Origin: Eledone cirrhosa | Taxonomy: Eukaryota | Direction: 5' to 3' | NCBI GenBank assembly: GCA_964016885.1 | Contig: OZ024754.1 | Span: 17,112,001 to 17,176,000 of the forward strand | Length of the DNA: 64,000 bases | Shown here: piece after piece, positions 38,958-52,332 of the stretch | Position numbering within the stretch: position 1 is the first letter of the stretch | Layout of the letters: every line of letters begins with the position of its first letter | Notes under the pieces: generated by a model | What the model saw: the letters and a program-made list of their open reading frames with translations, nothing else | The model's database searches: none | Told to the model about the DNA's origin: nothing | Translations under genes and position numbers: made by a program

Positions 38958-40896
38958 AGTTAAAGATGGAAAAACAAATCAATTTTCTAAAGCACAATTT
39001 TCTCATTAAAATATTTTCTCTATCAAATTTTGAAATCATATTTTTAAATAACTTCTTTTTTTTTTACCATTCTCAGACGGACACTTCTATCCCTGCCATC
39101 CTACCATACTATTTTGCTATGAGACTAAATTCTTAATAATATCTGATGTAGACATAATGAAGCTTACCATCATTGTTTATAAAGTCAGTCCATTATCTTT
39201 GTTTTGTATGTGGATTGGCAGTATTGGTAAAGTGTCGGACAATATGCTTTGCAGCATATAGTTACATCCGTTTACGTTCTGAGCTCAATCCCACCAAGGT
39301 TAGCTTACTGGGCCGATAAAGTAAAGTACCAGTAACATAATGGGGTCGATTTAATCGATTTTTCCCATCTCCAAAAATTTATTGTCCATGTGCCTAAACA
39401 TTTCCATGTGCCTAAAAATTGATTGTCCATGTGCCTAAACATTTCATACCTGTACAGTCTTCTGTACATACCTATTGCCATTTATTTTAGATTTCATTGT
39501 TTCAACACCCTTTTAATACCAACCTACCTGAAACAAGCCCTGATTCCTGTGCTCAAAAAGGTTTCCATCATAATTGTTTTAAATGAAATTTCCGTTAAAT
39601 GATGTTTCAAATATTAGCTCACCAATGGAAATGTTATTTTATTAAGTTCCTTCAATTTTTTAAAATTTATTTTCCAAATTATTTCAAAGATACAGCCAGT
39701 GTATTTTATTATAAATGTAGTAATGAAAGGGTTAATTCTCTGTTTTAATCCTCCCATATTTACTGGTATCCTAGGAAAAGCACAATTTTTCAAATCTCAT
39801 CTGCCATTCCAGTAATTCTGACACTACCTGTAAGGAAGTGATAAGGAATTACTGCATTTTCAATATAGATAATATTTTCAAGTCTAATAATTTCCAATTT
39901 GATTTGAATGCTGTCTGTATCCAAACTTTTATGAATAGGAACACCATATCTGAGTGTGTTGTAAGGAGTCCCTAAAAAGGTTGGCATTAGGAAGAGCATC
40001 TGTCTGTAAAACATTGATGATATATATATATATATAGTCTAAAGTCTGTCTTAAGCCAGAAGGCTCATTTGGTCGGTGCTTATCCCGGTTTCATGGTGTG
40101 AAGCGACTGAGAGTACAGGACTCCCTCCTGGACATGACACCAGTCCATCACAGGGTTATACCTCCAGCTATTGCTGGTACTCGTTTTCAGCTGAGTATAC
40201 TGGAGCAATGTGAAATGAAGTGTTTTGCTCAAGAACACAACACGCAACCCAAGAATCGAACCCACAACATTATGATCGTAAGTCCAACACCGTTACCACT
40301 AGGCCACCTGCTTCTACTATATATATATGAATGAAACAGCTGCAATAGAAGCTCCTGTAGAAGTCATTTCTATAATAAAATATATGAGTACCTTATTTAA
40401 CTATGGTTTGTTTCCAATATATATATATGCTACCGTGGAAGATGGACGTTAATCGATGATGATGATGATACACACACACTGAATATATTCCAGCTTTTTA
40501 GAATAGGTTCACTATATCCCTGTGTATCGTAAGATACAACCAAAAGCGTTGGCAACAGGAAGGGCATCAGGCTGTAAAAGATTGTCTCAAAACATCCCAT
40601 CTAACCCATACCAACATGGAAAAGTGGACATATAAACAATAATGATGTTAAATGACTGATAAGCTTCAAAAAGCCAGTACAATGCAGTAGAAATATATAA
40701 AAGGCAAAGGATGACAAACAAAACAAAATAATGTTTTAACCAGTATATTTCAGGGCTATAACACTCTTTTCAAATGTGGAGCAGAAACGGTTCAAAACAA
40801 AAATGAATGATCGATGTATTCTTCTTTAACTGATTTACATGTCTGATGATGATTATGATGATAGTAATGATGATGGTTTGTTTTATTGTTTTCCAG

Positions 40897-41067
40897 GGTG
40901 CTTCATTAGGCAATGTGGTAACATCCGTTCCAACTTTAGTAAATACTAAATCAGTTGAGGAGTTGTTTCCATATCCTTTCCATGATCTTATGGTGTGGGC
41001 TGTTCTGATGAAGCGACAGAAAATGGCTTTATTCATGTGGCAACATGGTGAGGAAGCTATGGCTAAG
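40897..41067 (+). CDS. TRPM: TRPM exon (GASLGN...[34 protein letters not shown])
   Basis: ttccag| acceptor, |gtaagt donor, 171 nt. Carries the hallmark TRPM motif [22 protein letters not shown]. Confidence 0.97.
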
Positions 41068-41257
41068 GTAAGTCCTTACTATCACTACTATCATCACTCT
41101 CACTACTGCCATTATCTTCACTATCATTATCACCACCATTATCACTATCACCAATCACCACAATCATTGACACCACTATCACAATTGTTTATTTTCAAAT
41201 ATATTTATCTAAAAAAAAAACTTTCAGCATAATTTTAGACAGTACTTTATATATATA

Positions 41258-42512
41258 CTAGCTGGCCCGTCTGGCTGGCGCCCGGCTAGGTATACCAGCA
41301 TTTTATCTTTTCAGAAATCCTCCCTACACTCTAGTGCAAAGATACCACACACCCTCTCAAGTCAGCAAGGGGGGAGGGGGGTTAACGTGCTCTAATGTTG
41401 GGTTTGAATAGTTTTTAGGATTCCCCAGTTCAGCAGTCACTACGTTAAAGAAAATTGATAGTTACAACAAGAAAGGCTGAACAGAGAACACATTTGTTAA
41501 CAAACAATAATTTGTACAACCATAATGGAAATTCCAAGTAACAGAAAATATTTAAATTACATTGTTAGAGCCTCAGAGTATACAATATTTTTTGTTTGGC
41601 CCTCCGGAGCAAAGATGAAGAGATTGTTTGGCGAGCTAACCCTAGAGCATCCTACATACAATTGACCATGGGAGAATCACTGATCTCGTAGCTCGTCTCG
41701 CGGAGAAGCTCTGTAGACGTTGACCTCTGGACACTCCTGTCAGGAGCAGGTAAGCTGTAGTGACTTAGAGGCCTACCACCAATCTCCAGGACACTGTTTT
41801 CAAGACAAATGAGCACCTCATTGAAAATGACATCGTATGTTACGTTTGGATTGTGTCTGCGTGTGCGGTGGAGGATGTCCTCAGCTAGACTTTCGCAGTG
41901 GTTGTTCCACATGGCGAGAGGGTCAGCGAGATCGCAGTTGTGCAGCATAATAGCAAAAAGTTTTCCCAGCTGAGAAGGGACTTTAGCAGTTGTTGTTTCT
42001 TGCAGGGTGAGGTGCCAATGGTTGTCATCGTGTAACATTCTACGCATCTGGCAAGCCAAACGGTAAGTGGAACATTGATGGCCATTGCTGGTTCTCAGAT
42101 CTTGGAAAGACTATGGTCCTCTAACCTCGAAGAGTAATAATGACGATAAGCCATCTGTTTAAGCAAAGAATCGTTGCTTTCACCCTTGATGGGATCTTCT
42201 GAAACTAAAAAAATCAGCGTGTGAACGCAGAAGTAAATATTTCGAAAAACGTTATCTAATGCAGACAGCCAGACATACAGAAAAATAGGGGAATGTGCGA
42301 TGTCATAAGAAAAAGTGAGGAATGACGTATAACTGGAAAGTTGAAATTTTAAAGAAGTGAATATTTAAATAATATCTTTAATCTTTTAACAAAAATACCC
42401 TCACTTTTTTACTTGGAAAAAGTTACATCTATGGTGCAAATTTGGTGCTGTTTGGTCCAGCCGTTTGGCGGAAAGTTTGTTACCTACATATGGCCGTCAG
42501 CTTTATAGTGTA
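41258..42512 (-). mobile_element. Internally deleted Helitron
   Basis: RepHel-like peptide (AC...L.DD..W..TLQE.....PSQL.KLFA.ML..C..ADP..W...ESLAEDIL) joined to the Pif1 C-terminus (GQLYVGCSRV...TKNIVYSEAL). The 3' end is a GC hairpin plus CTAG at 41258. Confidence 0.85.
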
Positions 42513-44154
42513 TATATATATATATATATATATTTAACTGCTTCTCATTCTACGATACAATACTGTTTCTTTTAAAGTGTTTATATTTATATAAAATCTT
42601 TTCAGCACAATTTTATGTTCCAAACACCAGCTTAATGAGAAAGTTAGTTATATCTATTTTTAACCAATCCTGGTTCGATGATAGAAAATGTTATTTTTAA
42701 GTGTTTATATTTATCTAAAAGCCATTATAATTTCCATTATAATTTTATGTAAGAGCATTTGTTGTGTTCCAAAAACCAGCTTAATAATAAGAAATTCTCA
42801 ATTATTTTCAAAATGATTTGAAATATGTAGGTTGTGTCTTTCATAAAAAAATATGGTAACAAAAGGTTTAACCCTTTAGCATTTACATTACTCTATATAT
42901 ACTATTGTATTTTTGTGGAAAAGGCTTTATCTCATATAATATTGAATCTATGAGTTTTGATGTTATTTATTTTGAAAACAATACCTTAACATCTGGTCGG
43001 TTTAAATACTAAAGGGTTAATAATGAAAAAGTTAGTTATATTACAAAATCACTTCAAATGCTATTTATTTTCAGAATTATTATAAAATCATAGGCAGTCT
43101 TTCATTGGTAATATGATAAGGGAAGGGTTAAAAATAAAAATACTTTTTGGCGTTTTTACAGAATAAGATCAATAGCTAGTTCTGATTGAACATATATCTT
43201 GAGAGATTATGATACACTTTATAGTACACCTTACTTTCAAACTGTAATTGCCATCATTACAGGTATTGATAAATAAAAGAATAATTTTCTTATGAGATAT
43301 CTTTTAGATGTTTGAGTAAGATTCTAAATCAGAAAGATATCTTTTCCATTAAACAGAAATTCCTCTATTAATGCTAGGACAATACCTAGGCATAATTTTA
43401 AGTATGTACTATGTACTTGTAACATACTATTAAGTAATAAGCCTGGAAGGTCAATATTTGATCATATTCAAGTATAAGTTTAATCCAATTTATGTATTTT
43501 TCATTAAATGGACATTTCCTCACTAATATTAGAACTATCTTTGAGCATAGTATTAAGTATGCACCTATCATATACCACTAAGTTCTAAGCTTTTTTTTAC
43601 AAGATATATTTGTATGCCAGAGTTTTCCGAGTAAAATTAAACCTTTTGATAACCAAACTGCCTGAAACTGCTTTCTACAATAGAATTACTGTCTATTATA
43701 AAAAATTTATATGTATCTAAAATCCTTCCATCATAACTTTATATAAGAAGATTTGTTAAATTCTTTCAAACACTAGATTAACTGAATCACTTCAAATTCT
43801 TGATATTTTTCAGAATTATTTAAAAATCATAAGTAGTGTCTTACATAAGAAACAGTAACAAAATGGCTGAAACAAAAATCATTGTATTCTCAGATCCAAG
43901 AAAGATAACTTTTACATTAACCTATTTTATAAAACTGTCCTAAAGAAAATATATAATAACATAATGATAATAAAGGAAATTTAATGTTTTATTTTATCTT
44001 TGTGAATGATATTAAGATCAAACTAATATTACCCATGATTTAATTTGTTTCTTTACTGTTTTATTTAGTTAGATGTTTCAGACATACTATAAAAATATTC
44101 AGTAACCTACTGATTCAATATTTCAACATTTGTATGTTTGTTCATATATCCAAT

Positions 44155-45100
44155 ATCATCATCAACATCATTTTTATACCTGTTTTTCCATGCTTGGATA
44201 GGTCCCTTTCAGTACAATATCTCTCCACTCGCTGCGCTCCTTCATCATCCCCTCTGTGAGTCTCAGTGATTTGAGATCAGCTCTCACAACCTCTGTCCAG
44301 GTCTTTCTTGTTTTACCTCTAGTGCGGCTTCCTTCCACTGGGATTTCCTTCCACTTCTTCACCCAGCGATTATCACCCATGCACATTACATGTCCATACC
44401 AATGCAGTCTTCTCTCCTGTACACCACCTTGGATTCTTTTTAAACCCAGATTCTCCTTCAGCTTGTCCAAGCTCTGTCTTTCTCTCACACTTACATTGCA
44501 CATCCAACAAAGCATGGTTGCTTCATTTCTCTCTAGTCTATGCATGTTGATGCCCTAAGGACAGACACTGGTCTGTTGGAGATGCAGGACATGGCAGCGA
44601 TAATGAGGGACAGAGACCGCTGGAGAGAACTCGTCCATGGATCTCGGGAATTTTACCCGCCTTAGATAGATAGATATGCATGTCTTCTGCAGTCACAGCC
44701 AATGTTTCACTATCGTGAAATATCGCACTTTACGCACAGGCATCATGCAGTCATTTTGTTGTACATAGGGAGAGACCTTTTGTTGTAGCTCTCTAAACTT
44801 CTTCCATCCTATCCTTATTCTAGCTATTATGCTCTCAGAGCACCCTCCTCCTCTGCTAATTAGGCCACCTAGATTGCAGAAGCTATCAACCACTTCTATA
44901 GACCTTTTCTGTGACTTGAAAAGGTTTATATCACTAACACTCTTCACCTCAATTACTCCTGTGCATCTTCTACATACAAAGTCTTCCTTTCCTGTTAGTT
45001 TATCCGTTATCCCACTACATCTCTTGTGTTCCTAATTTTACCTTGTGTACATTGTATGGAGTTTACGCCTACTCCTTTTCTCAAGGAATCAGGGTCCTAT
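44155..45100 (-). mobile_element. RTE LINE 3' fragment, containing a nested insertion at 44548-44675
   Basis: ORFs 44174-44545 (ERRLHWYGHV) and 44693-44947 (ARIRIGWKKFREL). Confidence 0.9.
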
Positions 45101-45802
45101 CTTCTTGATATAGAATTCAAAATATTTTACAGAAAGAGTTCATATACTAGACCTCACTTTCTCTTCTTCTGGTGAACAGACAACCTCAATGTAACATCTG
45201 AAAGACAGGTCTTCCTTTGCAGAGCTTGTAAAATACTAACAACTACTAGGCATTTACAAAACTCAGCTAGCACCATCCCACACATGAGACAGTACTGTTG
45301 TTATGGTGAATCTAAAAAGAGTATTTCAATTGGAAAGCAACAGTTTGGAAGGATAAAACTGCAGTATAATATAATGTACAATTTGTTGCACAGCCAAGAG
45401 TCTAGAGCCCCTCCTCCCATTACATTATTTCCCCCTTAGAGGGTGGTGGATTGGCAGAATTGGTAGAGCGTCGGACACTATGCCTTGCGACATAGAGTTA
45501 TGGTCCTTGTTCTGAGTTCAAATCCTGCCGAGGTTAACTTTGCCTTTCATCCTTACAGGGTCGATAAAATAAAGTACCAGTAATGCACTGGGATCGATTT
45601 AATCGACTTTACTTCCCCTTCAAAATGTTGGCCATGTGCCTAAAATAGTAACCATTGTCCCCACCTCCATTTTTCTGCTGTTTATTAATTGAATCCATTC
45701 CCCACTCCTTCTACATTTATCATTGTATATAACTTGTGTTTAACAATAAATATTCCCCAGTCTCCTATTTACAGTTTTGTGCTACTTTTCCTTCTATTGT
45801 AG

Positions 45803-45900
45803 GCTTTGTTGGCCTGCAAACTCTACAAGGCAATGGCACACGAAGCAGACCAGGATGATCTGGAAGTAGACATATCTGATGAACTCAGGAAATTTGCTGA
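45803..45900 (+). CDS. TRPM: TRPM exon (ALLACKLYKAMAHEADQDDLEVDISDELRKFA+GA)
   Basis: gtag| acceptor, |gtaagt donor, 98 nt, phase 0-2. Matches TRPM AL.ACKL.KAMAHEA. Confidence 0.95.
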
Positions 45901-47045
45901 GTAAGTATGTGTGTGTGTGTGTTTGTAGTGTTGGTAGCACAATAAAATGCACCTAGTTCACTCTGTAAAATGGAAGTGCTGGTGCTACAAAAGAAAGCAC
46001 CCAGTCCATTCTATAAAGTGGTAATACTGTTGCCACCATCATAGAAAGCACTCCATTTAACTCTGTTAAATGGCAGATAAAAAATGGTGATAAAAAGCAC
46101 ACAATTTACTGTATAAAGTGACAGTGCTGGTGCCATGTTAAAAAAGCACCCAGTCTTCTCTGCGCACTCTATCAAGTAACGTTACTCCAAAGACCCTTCA
46201 GAGGAACCCCATTTCAGCCGGTTGTATTCACAATTGTATTCTTTCGGTCATTACTCAAGATTCATGACCATAGGTTAAGGGTTGGCATGAATACCTAATT
46301 GACATAGCGAGTTTAGCTTTTATGCCTGCCTCCCTTCTTCTCATTACTAAATGCTGAAACTGGCGTATTACTGCACCAGCTCCTGCCTTCTATCACTTGT
46401 GAACACAGCCCCAAAATACTTGAACTTCTCTACCTGCTTCAGTGGAATTCCATTCACATGTAGAGTGCACCACACAGGCTTCCTTGAGGAGACGAGTGTC
46501 TTTGGGTTCTGCCAAATTTATAATGCCCAAGATATGCTGTATGTTACTTAGGCGGCCCTATTTCTCCACATTGAGTTACAAGTTGATACATTCTTTTCTA
46601 TCTATATCTAGTTAACTTTTATATTAGCAATAACATTTCTTATTCCTCTGTAAACTAAGCAATCTCTTTTGAAGCAATTAATCCTCTCCAGGTCTATTTT
46701 AAAATAGAATATACTTTAAATAAGTAGGAGTTATCTCTCTTAGCATTCCTCGTTTAACCTGAAAGAATGTTTCCAAACCTGAAAACACATTTTATTTACT
46801 TTTGTCTTTTAATGTTTTTATATGAAGCTTCTAAATCAATGTAATTAAAGGTAGGGTCATTTGCCAATCATCATCACCATCATCATCATTTTTCTCTTAC
46901 GTCTGTGTTTCATGTTAACCAGGGTTAAATGGGTCGTCACATTCTGAGACTAAACAGATCAGATAACCATATCTTGCTCATATGTTTCAATTTGGCATGG
47001 GTTCTACTGCTGTATGCCATTCATAATGCCAACAACCTTACATGA

Positions 47046-48888
47046 TGTACTGAATCCATTTTATCTTGGCACCAGCACTACCACTTTACAGAATGTAGTG
47101 GGTATATTTTATTGTGGCACCAACACCATTTTACAGAGTGTACTGGTAGCATTTTATTGTGGGACCAACACCACCATTTTACAGAGTGTGCTGGTAGGAT
47201 TTTATTGTGGGACCAACACCACCATTTTACACAGTGGACTGGTAGCATTTTATTGTGCTACCAACACCATTTTACACAGTGGACTGGTAGCATTTTATTG
47301 TGCTACCAACACCATTTTACACAGTGGACTGGTAGCATTTTATTGTGGCACCAACACCATTTTACACAGTGGACTGGTAGCATTTTATTGTGGCACCAAC
47401 ACCACCATTTTACACAGTGTACTGGTAGCATTTTATTGTGGCACCAACACCACCATTTTACAGAGTGTACTGGTAGCATTTTATTGTGGCACCAACACCA
47501 CCATTTTACACAGTGTACTGGTAGCATTTTATTGTGGGACCAACACCACCATTTTACACAGTGTACTGGTAGCATTTTATTGTGCTACCAACACCACCAT
47601 TTTACAGAGTGTACTGGTAGCATTTTATTGTGGCACCAACACCACCATTTTACACAGTGTACTGGTAGCATTTTATTGTGGGACCAACACCACCATTTTA
47701 CACAGTGGACTGGTAGCATTTTATTGTGGGACCAACACCACCATTTTACAGAGTGTACTGGTAGCATTTTATTGTGCTACCAACACCACCATTTTACAGA
47801 AGTGTACTGGTAGCATTTTATTGTGGGACAACACCACCATTTTACACAGTGGACTGGTAGCATTTTATGTGACACCAACACCACCATTTTACACAGTGGA
47901 CTGGTAGCATTTTATTGTGGCACCAACACCATTTTACAGAGTGTACTGGTAGCATTTTATTGTGGCACCAACACCACCATTTTACAGAGTGTACTGGTAG
48001 CATTTTATTGTGGCACCAACACCACCATTTTACAGAGTGTACTGGTAGCATTTTATTGTGGGACCAACACCACCATTTTACACAGTGGACTGGTAGCATT
48101 TTATGTGACACCAACACCACCATTTTACACAGTGGACTGGTAGCATTTTATTGTGGCACCAACACCACCATTTTACACAGTGGACTGGTAGCATTTTATT
48201 GTGGCACCAACACCATTTTACAGAGTGTACTGGTAGCATTTTATTGTGGCACCAACACCATTTTACAGAGTGTACTGGTAGCATTTTATTGTGGCACCAA
48301 CACCACCATTTTACACAGTGGACTGGTAACATTTTATTGTGGCACCAACACCACCATTTTACACAGTGGACTGGTAGCATTTTATTGTGCTACCAACACC
48401 ACCATTTTACAGAGTGTACTGGTAGCATTTTATTGTGGCACCAACACCACCATTTTACAGAGTGTACTGGTAGCATTTTATTGTGGCACCAACACCACCA
48501 TTTTACACAGTGGACTGGTAGCATTTTATTGTGGCACCAACACCACCATTTTACACAGTGGACTGGTAGCGTGTTATTGTGGCACCAACACCATTTTACA
48601 GAGTGTACTGGTAGCATTTTATTGTGGCACCAACACCACCATTTTACACAGTGGATTGGTAGCATTTTATTGTGGCACAAACACCATCATTTTACACAGT
48701 GGACTGGTAGCATTTTATTGTGGGACCAACACCACCATTTTACAGAGTGTACTGGTAGCATTTTATTGTGGTACCAACACTGTCTCTTTACAGATTGTAC
48801 TGTGTGTATTTTATTGTGGTATCAGCACTACTACTTTACAGGGTGTACTGGGTGTATTTTTATTGTGCCACCAGCACTATCATTTTAC
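47046..48888. repeat. 48/45-bp minisatellite derived from a retroelement internal unit
   Basis: Unit tgtactggtagcattttattgtggcaccaacaccaccattttacagag, flanked 5' by a SINE/LINE-like tail at 46868-47045. Confidence 0.95.
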
Positions 48889-49085
48889 ATATTAGATACC
48901 CCAAAATTCTACCATATTAAAATGATGACAATGAATTTCTTTTGTCAAATTTGGGAGTGGGTTGTAACAAATTATTTTTCAAAAATAAAAGGGTGGTAAT
49001 TTAACAAAAATTGGGGAAGGCCTTATCTTGCAGATTTATTGTTTGCTATGTATGCTTCATTGTTTTTTGTTATTGTTTCTTTGAG

Positions 49086-49314
49086 AGAGTTTCAAACTCT
49101 TGCTTTAGAGTTGTTGGAGCATTGCTACAAAGTAGATGATGATTATACACAACAACTGCTGACGTATGAATTGAGGAACTTCAGCGATCAAACCTGTCTC
49201 AGTCTTGCTGTTGCTGCTAACCATAGGGAGTTTGTTGCCCACACCTGTTGTCAGATGTTACTTAATGACATGTGGATGGGAGGGTTACGCATGAGAAAGA
49301 ATACTGCTCTCAAG
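49086..49314 (+). CDS. TRPM: TRPM exon ([15 protein letters not shown]...[53 protein letters not shown])
   Basis: Strong TRPM homology. The only in-frame acceptor is ttgag|A (phase 2); donor is AAG|gtagg. Confidence 0.93.
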
Positions 49315-49393
49315 GTAGGTAACTCTTGTTTGTCTAATCTAACAATTTGAAATAACTCTTGTAACATTTTAAAGCAGATAATTTGTAAAAATG

Positions 49394-49722
49394 GGTTTCT
49401 TCTCCTTCGCCCACTTATTCCTAAGAAGGTCGTAGGCGAAAGTCTTCCAGTGGGTCCTCTCAGAAGCAACCTTCTCCAACTGATCCCGCTGGATCTCCAA
49501 GTGTGACTAGCCAAGCTCATGGATGTTATCCAACCACCTTGCTTGGGTCTGCCCTGGGTCTCCTGCCAGTTGGTTTTGCCCGTAAAATCTGTCCAGTGAT
49601 TCTTTCCAGAGACATTCTGACCACGTGCCCATAGTATCGGAGGTATGATCTCTCAATTCGGAGAAATATCGTCTCTACCTGGAGTGACTCTTTCATCTCC
49701 AAGCTACGCACTTTATCGAGAT
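49394..49722 (-). mobile_element. 3' fragment of another LINE (related pieces at about 38495-38710 and 46165-46510)
   Basis: ORF 49526-49711 reads LRIERSYLRYYGHVVRM...PTGRRPR. Confidence 0.75.
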
Positions 49723-50254
49723 CAAATGGGTTTGATGATTCAACTGTTTATAGTATCTTCTCTAATGAACAAATCATTGGGAAAATCCGTAATTAAATAT
49801 TTAATATTTAAATAAATGTTGCATACGTGTGACTGTTAATTGATTTATAATGATTTAGAAGAAAATATTTAAAAATAGGTTTGATAATTCAAATGTTTAT
49901 AGTATCTTTACTAGAGGACAGATCATTGTGAAAATTTATAGTATTAGAGCAAATACTTAAAATTTTAATGTGATGCAATTATAGTGTTGTTTTGTGCTTT
50001 GCAAGTACATCTTGCTATTGTGTTTTCATGTGGTACACGGCATTGAGCTAAGAGAATGAATTTATTTATAATTTTCTATCAGCTTATGAGAATATAATAA
50101 AGATGTTTCAAATATTTATTTTTAAAAATTTTCTACATAGATATTTATTATCATGTAGTGGAGAAATTTGTATGCATGGATGACAACTGGACTTCCACAA
50201 AAACACCTTACCTGGTCTGATGCCTTTGAGGGGAACTTTATTGGTGCAAACGCA

Positions 50255-50952
50255 TGCTCATTTAACTTTTCCTTTCATCCTTACAGGGTTGATAAAATAA
50301 AGTACCAGTAATATACTGGGTAATTGCTGGCCTTGTGCCAAATGTAGAAACAATAATTACCAAAGGGCGGTGGATTGGCAGTATCGGTAGAGAGTTGGAT
50401 GCCATGCTTTCCAGCATAGAATTATGTCCCTTTACGGACTGAGTTCAAATCCCGCCAAGGTTAACTTTACCTTTCATCCTTACGGGGTTGATAAAATAAA
50501 GTACCAGTGATATACTGGGTAATTGCTGGCCTTCTGCCAAAAGTAGAAACAATTATTACCAAAGGGATTGGCAGTATCAGTAGAAGGTTGGATGCCATGC
50601 TTTGCGGCACAGAGTTACGACTCTTTACGTTCTGAGTTCAAATCCTGCTGAGGTTAACTTTTCCTTTCATCCTTACAGGGTCGATAAAATAAAGTACCAG
50701 TGATATACTGGGTAATTGCTGGCCTTCTGCCAAAAGTAGAAACAATTATTACCAAAGGGATTGGCAGTATCAGTAGAAGGTTGGATGCCATGCTTTGCGG
50801 CACAGAGTTACGACTCTTTACGTTCTGAGTTCAAATCCTGCTGAGGTTAACTTTTCCTTTCATCCTTACAGGGTCGATAAAATAAAGTACCAGTAACGTA
50901 CCGGGATAATTGCTGGCCTTGTGCCAAAAGTATAAACAATTATTACCAAAGG
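50255..50952 (+). mobile_element. Tandem array of four family-A SINE copies
   Basis: Each unit ends ...gaaacaat(t/a)attaccaaaggg. The last two units repeat with a 193-bp period. Confidence 0.88.
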
Positions 50953-51608
50953 GAGCTTATGATATATATTTTTATTTATTATATTAGTTAGTTTTTAATT
51001 TCATTAGTTATATCTTAATTATTAGGAATATGCATTCAATATGAACATATGTAAGTGGGATACAGACCTCCTTGGTCTGTCATGGATGTCAGTGGCCCTG
51101 CTTCAGTACTGACTTGGTCTATGTAGATCAGTCCAACCCTTTTGCTAGCAGGGAAAGTGAACGTTAAATGATTCCATACACATGCACACTTGTGTGTATC
51201 ATGACTCGTGCACTGTTCATTTTCCTGATGTTTGTGCATTGCCCTATGTACTATACATGCACTTTTTGATGAGTTGTGGTGCACCTGGGCACTGTACACA
51301 ATATTTCATTATTATTATTATTATTATATCATGACTCATGCACTGTTCATTTTCCTGACATTTGTACATTATTCTATGTACTATACATGCACCTTTGATG
51401 AGTTGTAGTGCACCTGAGCACTGTTCACAATAATTTCATTATATTATATTATATTATAATCCTGAGTTCAAATCCCGCCGAGGTTGACTTTGCCTTTCAT
51501 CCTTACGGGGTCGATAAAATAAAGTACCAGTAATGCACTGGGTAATTGCTGGCCTTGTACCTAAAGTAGAAACAATTATATTATATTATAATTCTTATTT
51601 CCCCACAG

Positions 51609-51773
51609 GTAATATTGGGTATCTTTTTGGCCCCATACATTTTGCTGCTGGAATTTAAAAGCAAAGAAGAACTACTGTTGATGCCTCAGACAATGGAAGA
51701 ACATTTGGATGATATGGAAGAAGAGGCCAGTGAAAATGATAGAGTCTCTATCAGTTCTTTTGATGAAGCTGAA
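51609..51773 (+). CDS. TRPM: TRPM exon, pre-S1 region (VILGIFLAPYILLLEFKSKEELLLMPQTMEEH...FDEAE)
   Basis: cacag| acceptor, |gtaagt donor, 165 nt. Matches invertebrate TRPM VILG...P..I..LEFKSKEEL..MPQT.EEH. Confidence 0.93.
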
Positions 51774-52332
51774 GTAAGTTGTTTCTTTATTTCTATATTC
51801 TTTTACTACTTTCAGTCATTAGTCTGTGGCCATACTGGGATACCGCCTTAACTCTTTAGCATTTAAACTGGCTGTATCCGGACAGAATTCCCTCACCTCT
51901 TTTTGTTCAAACCAGTTGTAACCAGCCACTCATATAGATGTTAAGGTATTGTTCTCAAAATAAACATCAAAATCTCATAGATTCGATATGATGTGAGATA
52001 AAGCCTTTACCATGAAAATATAATAGTAAATATAGAGTAATATAAATGCTAAAGAGTTAAAGGGATTTAGTTTGTCATATTGATCCCCAGTACTGATTTT
52101 ATTGATTGCTTTTATCAAACAGCTAAGTTACAGGATATAAACACAGACAAACCCACATTATCTCTCTCACACACATATATACTTTCACGTGTGCAAACAC
52201 ATATACATACATATTGTTGCACCTCTGTCATTTTTGACGACATGTGTACCAGGTGATTCAATCAACAGAACTGACTGCTCATGAAATTAAGATGCAAGTG
52301 TCTGAGCATTCCAAAAGTCCATGCACCATTAA

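Noticed and set aside
47014-48999. His/Trp-rich and Cys-rich repeat proteins
   Set aside because: Open frames arise from a unit length divisible by 3, there are frameshifts within the array, and the flanking TRPM exons splice across it.
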